Shown here: one piece after another, positions 53,894 through 64,000 of the stretch
Position numbering within the stretch: the first letter of the stretch is position 1
How the letters are laid out: every line of letters starts with the position of its first letter
Assembly: GCA_963724295.1 (NCBI GenBank)
Contig: CAVRUC010000007.1
Location: 320,001-384,000, forward strand
Direction: 5' to 3'
Length of the DNA: 64,000 nt
From: an uncultured Chloroflexia bacterium
GTDB taxonomy: Bacteria; Chloroflexota; Chloroflexia; Thermomicrobiales; UBA6265
Notes under the pieces: generated by a model
Told to the model about the DNA's origin: nothing
Database searches by the model: none
Seen by the model: only the letters and a program-made list of their open reading frames with translations
Translations under genes and position numbers: made by a program

Positions 53894-54859
53894 ATGGACC
53901 CCGCTGAGCCGGCGAACGCCGGCCAAATCCTGGCGATGGGAGAAGCTCTCGTCGATTTCATCGTCGCGGACGGAGCGCCCACCCTCGAATCGGCGGAGAC
54001 GTTCGTCTCGCGATCCGGCGGCGCCCCCGCCAACGCGTCGGTCGCGATGGCGCGGCTCGGACTAGACAGCGCGTTTTGCGGTGTTGTCGGCGCTGACCAG
54101 TTCGGTTCCAGGCTTCAAGCGGAGCTCGCCGCCGAGGGCGTCGATACGTCGCGTCTGCGGCAGAGCGGGGAGGCCGCCACGACCCTGGCTTTTGCCTGGA
54201 AGGACCCCGGTGGGGATGGTCACTTCTGGCTCTTGCGCGGCGCGGACGCGCTGCTAGCCGAAGCCGATGCGAGTGCCGCGGGCATCGCCAGCCTGCGTGC
54301 GATGGTTGTCGGCTCGGTCGCGCTATCCGCGGAACCGGCGCGCAGCGCGATCGAGGGGGCTGTCGGTCTTGCGCATCAGGCCGGCGTACCCGTCGTCTTC
54401 GATGTCAACCTCAGGCCGACCCTATGGTCTGATCTGACCAGCGCACGTCCCGCATGCGAAGAGGTGGCCCGGCGCAGCCGTCTGGTCAAGCTCAGCCTCG
54501 ACGACGCGAACGGTCTCTACGGTCCACGCATCGCGCCCGAAGCCGCAATCCAGACCGTCCTTTCCCTGGGATCGCGCGCGGTTGTGCTCACCGACGGCGA
54601 GCGTGGCTGCTGGTTCAGCTCTGGTTCGGCGGTCGCTTTCGTACCGGCGTTTCGCGTCGACGCTGTTGAGCCGACCGGCGCCGGAGACGCGTTCACCGCG
54701 GCGATCGTCGCGCGGTCGCTGGCCTCGGGATGGGCTCCCCTCTCGGTAGAGGACGTGCGATATGCCGCCGCCGCGGGGGCGCTGGCGACTACGCGACCGG
54801 GGGCCTGGGACGGGCTACCGAATCGAGCCCAGCTCGATGCGTTTCTCGCTCGCCAGTGA
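53894..54859 (+). CDS. PfkB family carbohydrate kinase (fructokinase-like)
   Basis: GEALVD, GGAPAN, FDVNLRP, EPTGAGDAF. Confidence 0.92.
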   Translation: MDPAEPANAGQILAMGEALVDFIVADGAPTLESAETFVSRSGGAPANASVAMARLGLDSAFCGVVGADQFGSRLQAELAAEGVDTSRLRQSGEAATTLAFAWKDPGGDGHFWLLRGADALLAEADASAAGIASLRAMVVGSVALSAEPARSAIEGAVGLAHQAGVPVVFDVNLRPTLWSDLTSARPACEEVARRSRLVKLSLDDANGLYGPRIAPEAAIQTVLSLGSRAVVLTDGERGCWFSSGSAVAFVPAFRVDAVEPTGAGDAFTAAIVARSLASGWAPLSVEDVRYAAAAGALATTRPGAWDGLPNRAQLDAFLARQ

Positions 54860-54916
54860 GAGTTCGGTCGCGGCGACGATGACGAAATCCCGCATCACGA
54901 TTCGGCGGACTTGCTG

Positions 54917-55729
54917 ATGCCGTCACCCTCTGATCCGATCGCGTTCTCTCTCTTTGGTCTCGACGTCCGCTGGTACGCCTTGTTCATGCTCGCGGCTGTC
55001 GTCGCGGGAGTATTTCTGGCTCGCTGGCTTGCCAGCCGGATCGGACTGGATCCCGACTGGGTGATCGACGCTGCTCCCTGGGTAGTGCTGTTCTCGATCG
55101 TGGGAGCCCGAGCCTATTATGTCGCGCTACGTGCTGATCACTTCGTCTCACAACCGGTAGAGGCGATCAATATTCGACTCGGTGGACTGTCGTTCCATGG
55201 CGCGCTCATCGCGGGCACCCTCGCCTTCGCAATTCTGTGCCGCCGCGCGCGCCAGCCGTTCTTCTGGTGGACCGATGCGGTCGTTCCGGCCGTGGCGCTG
55301 GCTCAGGCCATCGGTCGCTGGGGCAATTGGGCCAATCAAGAAGCGTTCGGGACACCGACCACGGTTCCCTGGGGTCTCTGGATCGATCCCGGTCGACGGC
55401 CGGCGGAGTTCGCCAGCGTCGAGCGGTTTCATCCCACATTTCTCTATGAGTCGCTGTTCAATCTGGCGAACGCGGCTCTGCTGTCCTGGGTCGCGCTGCG
55501 CATACCTGGATCCGCGCGCCTTCGTCACGGCGACGTTCTCGCCATCTATCTGGTCAACTACGGCGTCGCGAGATTCTTGATCGAGCGGATTCGCACGGAT
55601 AGTCTCTATCTCGGTCCGTTTCCCGCCGCGTTCTGGTTGAGCTGGGGACTTGCCGCGGTTGGCCTTGCCCTATGGATGTTCCTGCGGCGAGCACGATCGC
55701 CGCAGACCGATCCGCGCCCAAGATTCTGA
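54917..55729 (+). CDS. lgt: prolipoprotein diacylglyceryl transferase
   Basis: VRWYA, GARAYY, GGLSFHG, GRWGNWANQEAFG, HPTFLYES. Confidence 0.94.
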   Translation: MPSPSDPIAFSLFGLDVRWYALFMLAAVVAGVFLARWLASRIGLDPDWVIDAAPWVVLFSIVGARAYYVALRADHFVSQPVEAINIRLGGLSFHGALIAGTLAFAILCRRARQPFFWWTDAVVPAVALAQAIGRWGNWANQEAFGTPTTVPWGLWIDPGRRPAEFASVERFHPTFLYESLFNLANAALLSWVALRIPGSARLRHGDVLAIYLVNYGVARFLIERIRTDSLYLGPFPAAFWLSWGLAAVGLALWMFLRRARSPQTDPRPRF

Positions 55730-55850
55730 GAAATCGCACTCTGATTGACACGCCGCGTGCGTCTTGCTAACCTCGCGCGACCCTGAATGCCGCCTCGCAA
55801 TGACGGCAACCGAAAGTGGCGGCTCCACGTCCGCGGGCACTCGAGACGGG

Positions 55851-56360
55851 ATGGTGGCTGTGCATCGACGCTTTGTGCTCTTGGTCTCACTGATCACTGT
55901 TGCCCTGGGGGCTGCCGCCTGTGGCCGGGCCACTGAAGATCAGATCAATCAAGCGTTAGGCATTACACCGACCGCAACACAAAGCGCCGAGCAGATCGCC
56001 GCCGCGACGGAGGCCGCCAGCGCGACCGCCGCGGCCCGGCGACTCGCCGCCAGCTCGCCCGGAGCGGCCGGGGCGGCCGGGGCGGCCGGGGCGGCCGTAC
56101 TGGGCGACGTCACTCAAGGAAGTCGTCAGTTCCAGACCTGGTGCAGCGGCTGTCATGGGCCGGGAGGCCAGGGACCCGACATTCGATCGCCGGGTAGTCC
56201 CGGGGAGTCAGTCACGGCCGAGTCCCTGTTGGCACTCGTGCGCGAGGGCGTCGGCCATCCGGCACCGCCCGATCCACCGGGCGTCTATCGGACGACCGAG
56301 ATCACCGACAAGCAGGTTGCCGATCTCGCCGCGTACCTGCGAGATCAATCGACTGAATAG
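55851..56360 (+). CDS. lipoprotein c-type cytochrome (monoheme)
   Basis: Signal peptide with lipobox AAAC; G...F...CSGCHG heme motif; C-terminal helix ITDKQVADLAAYL. Confidence 0.8.
   Translation: MVAVHRRFVLLVSLITVALGAAACGRATEDQINQALGITPTATQSAEQIAAATEAASATAAARRLAASSPGAAGAAGAAGAAVLGDVTQGSRQFQTWCSGCHGPGGQGPDIRSPGSPGESVTAESLLALVREGVGHPAPPDPPGVYRTTEITDKQVADLAAYLRDQSTE
56061..56096 (+). repeat. 4 x 9-bp in-frame tandem repeat (Gly-Ala-Ala) in cytochrome c linker
   Basis: GGAGCGGCC (GGGGCGGCC)x3. Confidence 0.85.
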
Positions 56361-56393
56361 CTTCGGACGAGCTGGGGAGTGGAATGCGTTTGT

Positions 56394-57866
56394 CTAGCCG
56401 GCGTGACCCATCACGAGCGATTCCTTGATGGCAAGGACCTGCGCCCGCAATGACGCATCGGACCCAAGGGATCGCTCAATCTGCTTGATGCCGTGCAAAA
56501 CCGTTGTGTGATCGCGTCCACCCAGCTCGCTACCAATCTCGAGCAGTGAAGCGTCTGTCTCAACCCGCAAGAGATACATCGCCACCTGTCGGGGCAGCAC
56601 GATGTCCTTGGTACGCGACCTGCCGGCCAACTCGCGACGTCCGACACCGAAGTGACGCAATACCGCGCCCACCACCTCATCACGCGTCGCCCTGGTGCGC
56701 CGCGCCGGGCCGCCGTCGAGGAGTGCTTCCATGGCCAGCTCGAGCGTCATCGGTTCGCCGGTCAATTGCGACCTGGCGACCACCGTGTTGAGCGCACCCT
56801 CCAGCTCGCGGATGTTCTTCTGGTCCTTCTGGGCGATGTACTCCGCCACATCGGCCGGAAGGTCGAGCTTCAATTCCTCCGCCTTGATGCGCAGAATGGC
56901 GATGCGCATCTCGTAGTCCGGCAGCTGCACATCGGCGATCAAACCGCCCTCGAAGCGCGACCGCAGCCGCTCTTCGAGAGCCGAAATAGCCTTCGGCGGC
57001 TTGTCACTGGAAATGATCACCTGCTTGCCGCTTTGATAGAGCGAGTTGAAGGTGTGGAAAAACTCCTCCTGCGTGCTCTCCTTGCCGGCGATGAACTGAA
57101 TGTCGTCGATCATCAAGATGTCGGTTTCCCGATATCGAGCTCGAAAGTCATCGGTTCGCTGCTGCCGGATCGAGGCGATGAGATCGTTCGTAAACTTTTC
57201 CGACGTCACATACGAAACTTGCAGAACCGGAGAGAGCTCGAGTGCGCGGTGACCGATGGCGTGCAGAAGATGCGTCTTGCCAAGACCCACGCCGCCGTAG
57301 ATGAAGAGCGGATTGAACTTTCCGCCGGGATGTTCCGCAACCGAGACCGAGGCCGCGTGTGTAAACCGGTTCGCGGAACCGACGACATAGGTGCGAAAGA
57401 CGTACTTTGGATTCAGCCCGTGACCGCGCGCCGGCGCCAGAACCATTTGTTTCGGCCGGTCATCCGTCAAAGCCGAGCCAGTTCGCATCGGCTGCGAGCG
57501 AGCTCTCTGACCAGGCCCCTGCCGATCCCATCCGTTGTCAGGTGTTCGGCCCCGCTCCGCGGCGGACCCTTCGCTCTGCACCGGGTTCGACCCGCTTTCG
57601 GCCTTGAACGAGGCGGTCACCGGGCGGCCAACCCGTTCCGACAGTGAACGCTCGACGTCTCGACCGAACCTGCGCTGGAGCGTTTCCGCGGTCACGCGAT
57701 CGCCGACCTCCACCGTCGCCACGTCCGCCGCGAAATCAGAAAGCCGGGTGTTTCGCAACCACTCGAACGCGGCAGGTGGCACGGTCTGCTGAAGGTCGGC
57801 CAGGACAGCACGCCACAGCAGGCGGGCATCGACCTGAACCTGTGTGCTCGGGTCGCCTCGATTCAC
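56394..57866 (-). CDS. dnaA: chromosomal replication initiator DnaA
   Basis: LNPKYVF..YVVG..N, NPLFIYGGVGLGKTHL, DDIQF, QEEFFHTFN, NIRELEGAL, RQVAMYL, GGRDHTTVLH. Confidence 0.95.
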   Translation of the reverse strand: MNRGDPSTQVQVDARLLWRAVLADLQQTVPPAAFEWLRNTRLSDFAADVATVEVGDRVTAETLQRRFGRDVERSLSERVGRPVTASFKAESGSNPVQSEGSAAERGRTPDNGWDRQGPGQRARSQPMRTGSALTDDRPKQMVLAPARGHGLNPKYVFRTYVVGSANRFTHAASVSVAEHPGGKFNPLFIYGGVGLGKTHLLHAIGHRALELSPVLQVSYVTSEKFTNDLIASIRQQRTDDFRARYRETDILMIDDIQFIAGKESTQEEFFHTFNSLYQSGKQVIISSDKPPKAISALEERLRSRFEGGLIADVQLPDYEMRIAILRIKAEELKLDLPADVAEYIAQKDQKNIRELEGALNTVVARSQLTGEPMTLELAMEALLDGGPARRTRATRDEVVGAVLRHFGVGRRELAGRSRTKDIVLPRQVAMYLLRVETDASLLEIGSELGGRDHTTVLHGIKQIERSLGSDASLRAQVLAIKESLVMGHAG

Positions 57867-58050
57867 GCAGCATCCCCCATGGTGTTCGTGCGATATGTAC
57901 GGACACCTCCGGCGATCGTAGCACCGCCTGAACCTGGATGCAACCGCGGCTCACTCCCGCCGCCCCGAGTGCCATGCCGCGGTGGTTCGCGTAGAGTTCG
58001 GTCAGGACGACGGCAGTGAGCGTGATCGCAACCCGAGAGGAGAACCGAGC

Positions 58051-59568
58051 GTGGAGTTGAACCTCGAATCTGGACTACCGGCCGAAGCGACGGCGGACGC
58101 TTTGATCGTTCCGGTCGGTTCCGACGGCAACGCACCGGCATGGTCGCCGTTGGCGAACGAGCTGGACGCGACGCTCTCAGGCGAGCTATTGAATCTGGCG
58201 GCCGACGCGCGCTTCAGCGGCAAGGCTGCGACGACACTGGTCGTCCCCACCCTTGGGCGGATTGCGAGCCGCCGCATTATTTTCGCTGGCCTCGGGCCGG
58301 CTGAGAAGCTGGGGGAGGCGACAGTCACGCGCATGGCGGGCGCCGCGGCTCGCGCCGCTCGCGATGCCGGAGCACGCCGCGTCGCCTTTGCGCTCCCCGA
58401 TGCCGCGACCGGGTTTGACCATCGGACTGCATTGCAGGCGGCAGCGGTCGGGGTGTCGCTCGCGCTGTATCGATTCGATCACTACCGAGGAGAGGCAGCC
58501 CCTGAGCCGGCAAACGGTCGGGACGTTGAATTGGTGCAATTCCTGAGCAGTGAGATATCGAGGGCCGACTCTGAACTCGCGATGAGACGCGCGAGTGCTG
58601 TGGCCTGCGGCGTCAACCTGGCCCGCGACCTGGTCAACGAACCGGCATCGACGCTGACTCCGCAGGAGTTTGCCAACCGTGCCGAGGCAGTCGCGCAGGA
58701 GGCCGATCTCGAGATCGAAGTGCTGGGTCCGGCGGAGCTGGCCGCAATAGGCGCCGCCGCCACCGTTGCGGTCGGGGGAGGCAGCGTGAACCCGCCGCGT
58801 CTCATCCGGTTGCGCTATCAGCCGACTGGAAATGCAAGCGGGTCACAAGTCGTCGGTCTGGTCGGCAAGGCGATCACGTTCGACACCGGTGGCTACTCGA
58901 TCAAGCCGTATGAGGGCATGCTCGAGATGAAGGGCGACATGGCCGGTGGAGCTGCCGTTCTCGGCGCCATGTCGGCCTTGCGTGATCTCGGTTGCACGAT
59001 TCCAGTAGAGGCGACGATCTGCGCCGCCGAAAACATGATCTCCGGGACAGCCTTCCGCCCCGGCGACGTGATCAAAGGGATGAACGGCGTCACGATGGAA
59101 ATTCTCTCGACTGACGCCGAAGGCAGACTGGTTCTCGCCGACGGGCTTGTCGATACCGCCCGTCGCGGCGCGACGGAACTCATCGACCTGGCGACCCTCA
59201 CCGGAGCGGCAGTCGTGGCGCTCGGCGACGGCACGACCGCGCTCTTCGCGACCGACGATCGCCTTGCCGACAGGCTGCTCGATTCCGCGGACAGCACCGG
59301 CGAGCGAATGTGGCGCATGCCCCTGATCGACGAGCTGGAGCGCAAGATCGAAGGCGATGTCGCCGACATCAAGAACTCCGGCGGTCGGTCCGGCGGCGCG
59401 ATCACGGCGGCGCTGTTTCTGAAGCATTTCAGCGAGGGACTGCCGTGGGCACACCTCGACATCGCGGGATCCTCACGCCAGGAGAAAGCGACTGCGATCG
59501 GTCCGAAAGGCGCCACCGGCGTCGGCGTTCGGACGTTGCTCCGTTATCTCACAGCCAGCGAGGCGTGA
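58051..59568 (+). CDS. pepA: leucyl aminopeptidase (M17)
   Basis: GKAITFDTGG, MKGDMAG, STDAEGRL, DLATLTGA, WAHLDIAG; GTG after GAGGAG. Confidence 0.94.
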   Translation: MELNLESGLPAEATADALIVPVGSDGNAPAWSPLANELDATLSGELLNLAADARFSGKAATTLVVPTLGRIASRRIIFAGLGPAEKLGEATVTRMAGAAARAARDAGARRVAFALPDAATGFDHRTALQAAAVGVSLALYRFDHYRGEAAPEPANGRDVELVQFLSSEISRADSELAMRRASAVACGVNLARDLVNEPASTLTPQEFANRAEAVAQEADLEIEVLGPAELAAIGAAATVAVGGGSVNPPRLIRLRYQPTGNASGSQVVGLVGKAITFDTGGYSIKPYEGMLEMKGDMAGGAAVLGAMSALRDLGCTIPVEATICAAENMISGTAFRPGDVIKGMNGVTMEILSTDAEGRLVLADGLVDTARRGATELIDLATLTGAAVVALGDGTTALFATDDRLADRLLDSADSTGERMWRMPLIDELERKIEGDVADIKNSGGRSGGAITAALFLKHFSEGLPWAHLDIAGSSRQEKATAIGPKGATGVGVRTLLRYLTASEA

Positions 59569-59596
59569 CGGCGCCGCGGCGCGCTCATCGACGGGC

Positions 59597-60487
59597 TCAA
59601 AGTTCGGCGCGGAAGATGATCCAGGCGCTAGGCAGCGTCAAGAGGATGGTCAGGATCATGACGATGGCGAATGATGTCCGCTCTTGCCGGTAGCCGCTCC
59701 TGGTGAAGTCAATCGTCATGATGCGGATGCCGTTAAGGGTGTGATACACGACCGCACCGACGAGCAGGATCTCCATCGGCAGCAGAACCGGCCGGGCATA
59801 GAACTCCACTGAGGCATCGTAGATGGCGCTGCCGAGCCCGATCAGCGAAATATCGATGATGTGCACGAGCAGGAAGAAGAGGATTCCGATACCGGTTGCT
59901 CGATGCAAGGCCCACGCATATTGCCCGGTTCCGCCGCTGTAGATCGGCGCCCTGCCCAGTACCAGCGAACGAAGTCCCCACAGGGCAAGCAGCGCAATTG
60001 ACACGTAGGTCACTACCGCGAAGACATAGAGTGACAAGCCGATTGCCTCGGCGATCCACATGGCGTCCGCGAGCGGGCCACTGTTTGCGGCGGCAGCTTC
60101 GGCGTCGAAGGCGAAGACGCTCACCGTGCCGAGCGCGAGAAATACGAAGCCAATAATCCACATCAACCCTTGCGCAACCGTGCGCACCATCGGCGCGCGA
60201 AGGTAGTCCTGGATCGAGTAGCGAAGTCCGAGAACGCCGTGCCACAGCGCCGCCATGAGCAGGAGCCAGTCAAACGTCCTCCAGTAGGGATTGGCCCAGC
60301 GAGCGGTGACGAACCCGAACGTCGTTTGCGACGGAACGTTCAGGTAGTGCGTGATGACAATGTGACCGCCGGCCAGAATGATGAGGGCCGCGCCCGAGAG
60401 TCGCATGAAGTACCAGATGAGCCGGTCGGCCCCTGGCACCGTGATTCCCGCACTACCAACTGGACGACTTCCCGTCGCAGACGCCAC
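59597..60487 (-). CDS. sdhC: fused succinate dehydrogenase membrane anchor (SdhD-like N-terminus, SdhC-like C-terminus)
   Basis: WYFMRLSG..H, W..P.WR.FD..LL..ALWHG..GLR....DY (SdhD-type), then WALHRATG..FLLVHI.D and YHTLNGIRI (SdhC-type). Confidence 0.75.
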   Translation of the reverse strand: MASATGSRPVGSAGITVPGADRLIWYFMRLSGAALIILAGGHIVITHYLNVPSQTTFGFVTARWANPYWRTFDWLLLMAALWHGVLGLRYSIQDYLRAPMVRTVAQGLMWIIGFVFLALGTVSVFAFDAEAAAANSGPLADAMWIAEAIGLSLYVFAVVTYVSIALLALWGLRSLVLGRAPIYSGGTGQYAWALHRATGIGILFFLLVHIIDISLIGLGSAIYDASVEFYARPVLLPMEILLVGAVVYHTLNGIRIMTIDFTRSGYRQERTSFAIVMILTILLTLPSAWIIFRAEL

Positions 60488-60600
60488 CAAGCCGACCTTT
60501 CGCTCATTGCGACAGGCACCGCTGTCAGCGGTCCCCACTGCCCGCTATTGTACGCAGCGGTTCATGTCCAACCGCGCTGCGATCGTTGCCACCAGGCTCA

Positions 60601-61140
60601 TCAGGTCGCCTCGTTCGCGGGGAGAGTTGCCGGGGTCTCCCCGTCACGACTCCAGCGCCCGGAGCGGCCTCCGACCTTTGACTCCAGCTGAATCTCGTGG
60701 ATCGTCATTCCGCGATCAACCGCCTTGAGCATGTCGTAGATCGTCAGCGCGGACGTCGCGACCGCGGTAAGCGCCTCCATCTCGACGCCGGTGCGGCCGC
60801 GCGTCGCCACTGTTGCCTCGATGCGAACCTCGTCCTGCCTCAGCTCGAAGGTGACATCGATTCGGGTCAGCATCAGTGGGTGGCACATGGGGATCAGATC
60901 GGCTGTCCTCTTGGCGCCCATCACCGCAGCAATCTGGGCCACAGCAAGGACGTCCCCTTTCGCGGCACGGCCAGTACGGATCAGCTCGATCGTCGCGGCG
61001 GACATGCGCACGCGGCCGGATGCAACGGCTACCCGTTCCGTCTCCGGTTTCTCGCCGACGTCAACCATGCGCGCCCTGCCGGCTCTATCGAAATGCGTCA
61101 GGGTCGCCCGACCTGCTGCTTGGGACTCTTGCCTGGGCAT
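60601..61140 (-). CDS. moaC: cyclic pyranopterin monophosphate synthase MoaC
   Basis: [42 protein letters not shown]. Confidence 0.96.
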   Translation of the reverse strand: MPRQESQAAGRATLTHFDRAGRARMVDVGEKPETERVAVASGRVRMSAATIELIRTGRAAKGDVLAVAQIAAVMGAKRTADLIPMCHPLMLTRIDVTFELRQDEVRIEATVATRGRTGVEMEALTAVATSALTIYDMLKAVDRGMTIHEIQLESKVGGRSGRWSRDGETPATLPANEAT

Positions 61141-61237
61141 CAAGCACTCTCCTTCGTTCTTATTGCCTGAGCTTGCCTGCATCCCCCATCCTTGGCGAGA
61201 TACGGCAATCGAACGACCAACGCGGAGGACGGCAACC

Positions 61238-62566
61238 GTGGAGACGGTACCCGAAACGACTCTCGATCGCGTGATCGCCGCTGTCGACGAGCGGGCCGAC
61301 GAAATAGTTGAGTTCGCGGCGGAGCTCATCCGGCAGCCATCAGTCAATCCGGATCTGGAGCCCAATGAGCTTGCCGAACGACCGGCTCAGGACTGGCTGC
61401 GGGAACAGTTTCGACAATTCGGTGCATTTGACACCGTCGATAGCTGGGAAGTTGCGGAGCACCGGCCCAACGTCGTCGCCGTGCGCATGGGTTCGGGCGG
61501 CGGCCGCTCGTTGACCTGGTCGGCGCACACGGACGTCGTGCCGGTGACGCCGGAGCAGGCCGCGCAATGGAATGGCGCCGGACCATTTTCGGGTGAAGTG
61601 CGCGACGGCAAGCTCTGGGGCCGGGGTGCCTCTGACATGAAAGGCGCGATCGCGGCGTACACCATGGCCACGCGTATCCTCCACGACAGCGGCGTTCAGC
61701 TGCAAGGCGACGTGATCCTTTCCCAGGCGTGCGGTGAAGAATCGGGGCGACGTGACATCGGGTGTAACACCATCTTGGAGCGAGGCTACCGGTCGGATCT
61801 TGCCATCTTTCCGGAACCATCAGACTTTCGTGTCTATCCAACGGCCAAGGGCGAGCTCTATTTCCGGCTCACCGTCCCTGGGAAGTCGACCCACATCTGT
61901 AATCGCAATCAGGTCGCGCAAGCCCTCCCGCACGGCGTCGAGCGACCGGGTGTGAGTGCGATCGACAACATGCTCAAGTACCAGCTGGCTTTGCTCGAGC
62001 TGGAACGCCAATGGCTCCTCTGGCGCACCAACCCCAATGTCGAGCCCGGCGGCATGTTCATCAACATCAATACCCTGCAGGCGGGAACCTCGATTACCTC
62101 TATCCCTGACTCGTGCGAGGCGACGGGATCGCTCCTGTTCTACCCCGACCTCACCGCGGACGAGGTCATGGCCGAGATCCGGGCCACCATCGACCGTGTC
62201 ACCGCGAGTGACTACTGGCTACGCGAGCATCCTCCGGTGCTCGACCTGCCGCTGGATGCCGAATCCGCCGCACCCTGGGTCAAGGAGCCGGTCAACATGC
62301 CATTCGACCATCCGGGTGTAGCAACAATTTCGGAAGTCATGAAGATCGTCTCGGGCCGCGAATCGGTCGTCGAAACCGCGCCATTCGTCTGCGACGCCAA
62401 CTTCTGGTACCCCCTGGGACAGCCTTCCCTGATCTTCGGTCTTGGGGACCCGAGCTGGGGCATCCACGGCACGAACGAGTTTCTCCCGGTCGCAGACCTC
62501 ATCGAGGCAACGAAAATCTTCGCCGGCGTGACCATGGCCTGGTGCGGCGTCGAGGGCTCAGCCTGA
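61238..62566 (+). CDS. M20 family metallopeptidase/deacylase (ArgE/DapE-like)
   Basis: [30 protein letters not shown] after GGAGG. Confidence 0.9.
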   Translation: METVPETTLDRVIAAVDERADEIVEFAAELIRQPSVNPDLEPNELAERPAQDWLREQFRQFGAFDTVDSWEVAEHRPNVVAVRMGSGGGRSLTWSAHTDVVPVTPEQAAQWNGAGPFSGEVRDGKLWGRGASDMKGAIAAYTMATRILHDSGVQLQGDVILSQACGEESGRRDIGCNTILERGYRSDLAIFPEPSDFRVYPTAKGELYFRLTVPGKSTHICNRNQVAQALPHGVERPGVSAIDNMLKYQLALLELERQWLLWRTNPNVEPGGMFININTLQAGTSITSIPDSCEATGSLLFYPDLTADEVMAEIRATIDRVTASDYWLREHPPVLDLPLDAESAAPWVKEPVNMPFDHPGVATISEVMKIVSGRESVVETAPFVCDANFWYPLGQPSLIFGLGDPSWGIHGTNEFLPVADLIEATKIFAGVTMAWCGVEGSA

Positions 62567-63406
62567 CCCGGCGGTCGCGTTGCGGGACCAGTTAGCCGGT
62601 GCGCGAGCACTCCAGCGCTGGCCGTCGTGACGGCAGTCGACGGGGAGGCCAAAGCACGCCGAGAGGTTCGCGCTCGTCAGCGTGGTCCGGATGGGACCGG
62701 CGGCGAGCGTCTGCCCGTCTCGCAAGAGGATGGCGTGCGTCGACGAGGACGGGACTTCTTCCAGATGGTGCGTCACCAGCACCGAGGTCAAATCGGGCCT
62801 CTCCTCGCTGAGGCGATCGAGAGCGGCGATCAATGCTTCGCGGGCGGCTAGATCGAGACCAACCGCCGGCTCGTCAAGCAACAGCAGCTGTGGGTCCGCG
62901 ATCAATGCGCGGGCGATGCGGATCCGGCCGCGTTCTCCCTGAGAGCAGGTCGCGATCTCACGGTCGGCGAGGTCCGCGCACCCGAGCAGCGCCAGAAGCT
63001 CTCGAGCCCGGGCTCGGTCCTGGCCCGAGTACGTCCACCACAGCGGCCGTAGCGTCGACCCAATACCCGTCAGGACGACGTCCTCGGCGGTCAGCCAGTC
63101 CAGCATGGCGCCGCCCGAGTCGACGAAGCCGATGCGTCCGCGCAGCATGGGCATGTCTACGCGACCAAGGGTGCCGCCCAGCACCGAAACGCGTCCTCTG
63201 CTCGGATGGCGCAGCGCCCCCGCCAGGGACAACAGCGTGCTCTTGCCCGATCCGTTGGGTCCGATCAGGACCCAGCGCTCACCCGGCAGCACGCACCAGT
63301 CGATCTCTCGCAAGATGTGCGCACCCTGCGGGGTCCAGACACTGACCGCGGCGAATTTGAGCGCGGCTGCAGGCTCGTCCTGGGGCGCGGGGTTCGCAAT
63401 GGTCAA
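62558..63406 (-). CDS. ABC transporter ATP-binding protein (YlmA/ModF-like)
   Basis: GPNGSGKST, CSQGE, LLDEP, VTHHLEE. Confidence 0.88.
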   Translation of the reverse strand: MTIANPAPQDEPAAALKFAAVSVWTPQGAHILREIDWCVLPGERWVLIGPNGSGKSTLLSLAGALRHPSRGRVSVLGGTLGRVDMPMLRGRIGFVDSGGAMLDWLTAEDVVLTGIGSTLRPLWWTYSGQDRARARELLALLGCADLADREIATCSQGERGRIRIARALIADPQLLLLDEPAVGLDLAAREALIAALDRLSEERPDLTSVLVTHHLEEVPSSSTHAILLRDGQTLAAGPIRTTLTSANLSACFGLPVDCRHDGQRWSARAPANWSRNATAGSG

Positions 63407-64000
63407 GAGAGGCGAACGACAGGATTCACGAGCGATCCAATGCCGTCGATGCGGATCGCCACCTCGTCACCGTCTTGCAGGGTGAACTCGGATGGCGGCA
63501 CGATCCCGGTGCCGGTCATCAGAAACACGCCGGCGGGAAACTCATTATCCCGGAACAGGTATGCGATCAGGTCGGAAAGCGACCGGTGGAGCTGGGATGT
63601 TGCCGTGGTGTCCTGGAACAACTCTGTCCCACCTCGGTAGATCGTCAGCTGGATCTCCAGGTTCGACACATCGGGCATCTCGTCGACCGTAACCACCGTC
63701 GGACCGAGTGCCGCGCATCGCGAGTAGACCTTGGCCTGCGGCAGGTACAAGGGGTTCTCACCTTCGATGGAGCGAGATGAGACGTCGTTGCCGATCGTGT
63801 AGCCAACGAGCTCGCCGCGGGCATTGAGCAGGATCGCCAGCTCCGGTTCCGGCACATCCCAGCCCGAATCGCCGCGAATGGCGATGGCTTCGCCTGGCCC
63901 GGAGACCCGATTCGGAGTCGCCTTGAGAAACAGCTCCGGACGATCCGCGTCGTAGACCCGGTCGTATACGTCCCGCTGGCTCGACTCCTCCATCCGCGCA
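63403..64000 (-). CDS. fumarylacetoacetate hydrolase family protein (5' truncated by window edge)
   Basis: RPELFLK, PEPEL, GNDVSSRSIEGENPLYLPQAK, LMTGTG. Confidence 0.9.
   Translation of the reverse strand, partial: ARMEESSQRDVYDRVYDADRPELFLKATPNRVSGPGEAIAIRGDSGWDVPEPELAILLNARGELVGYTIGNDVSSRSIEGENPLYLPQAKVYSRCAALGPTVVTVDEMPDVSNLEIQLTIYRGGTELFQDTTATSQLHRSLSDLIAYLFRDNEFPAGVFLMTGTGIVPPSEFTLQDGDEVAIRIDGIGSLVNPVVRLS

Noticed and set aside
1..64000. CRISPR arrays, tRNA/rRNA genes, prophage or defence islands
   Set aside because: I saw no spaced direct repeats, cloverleaf signatures or phage/defence proteins; nearly all the sequence is explained by ordinary CDSs.

Overview
GC-rich bacterial chromosome segment made mostly of housekeeping genes. 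Gene content and style suggest Chloroflexota, possibly Thermomicrobiales, but that is inference. About 56 CDSs are supported. They include cmk, plsC, obgE, rpoD, lysA, coaE, mutY, glyQS, a XerD-like recombinase, ald, rseP, ispG, otsA, a sugar ABC cluster with duplicated Tat-signal binding proteins, nrdJ, cysK, Moco genes (moaD-moaE fusion, moeA, moaC), relA, lgt, dnaA and pepA. I saw no tRNA, rRNA, CRISPR array, transposase or prophage. Seven single-base insertions split six genes, most likely as long-read or assembly errors. The most notable signals are: three NrdR-like boxes at exact 32-bp spacing before nrdJ, next to a CbrT-like ECF S-component; a MoaD-MoaE linear fusion with a JAMM protease nearby; orphan respiratory membrane modules (a fused SdhD-SdhC without sdhAB, and a ferredoxin-NrfD pair without a catalytic subunit); a Met-less lipoprotein cytochrome c; and a dnaA without dnaN or visible DnaA boxes. 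I cannot claim a clearly new system. These are leads only.
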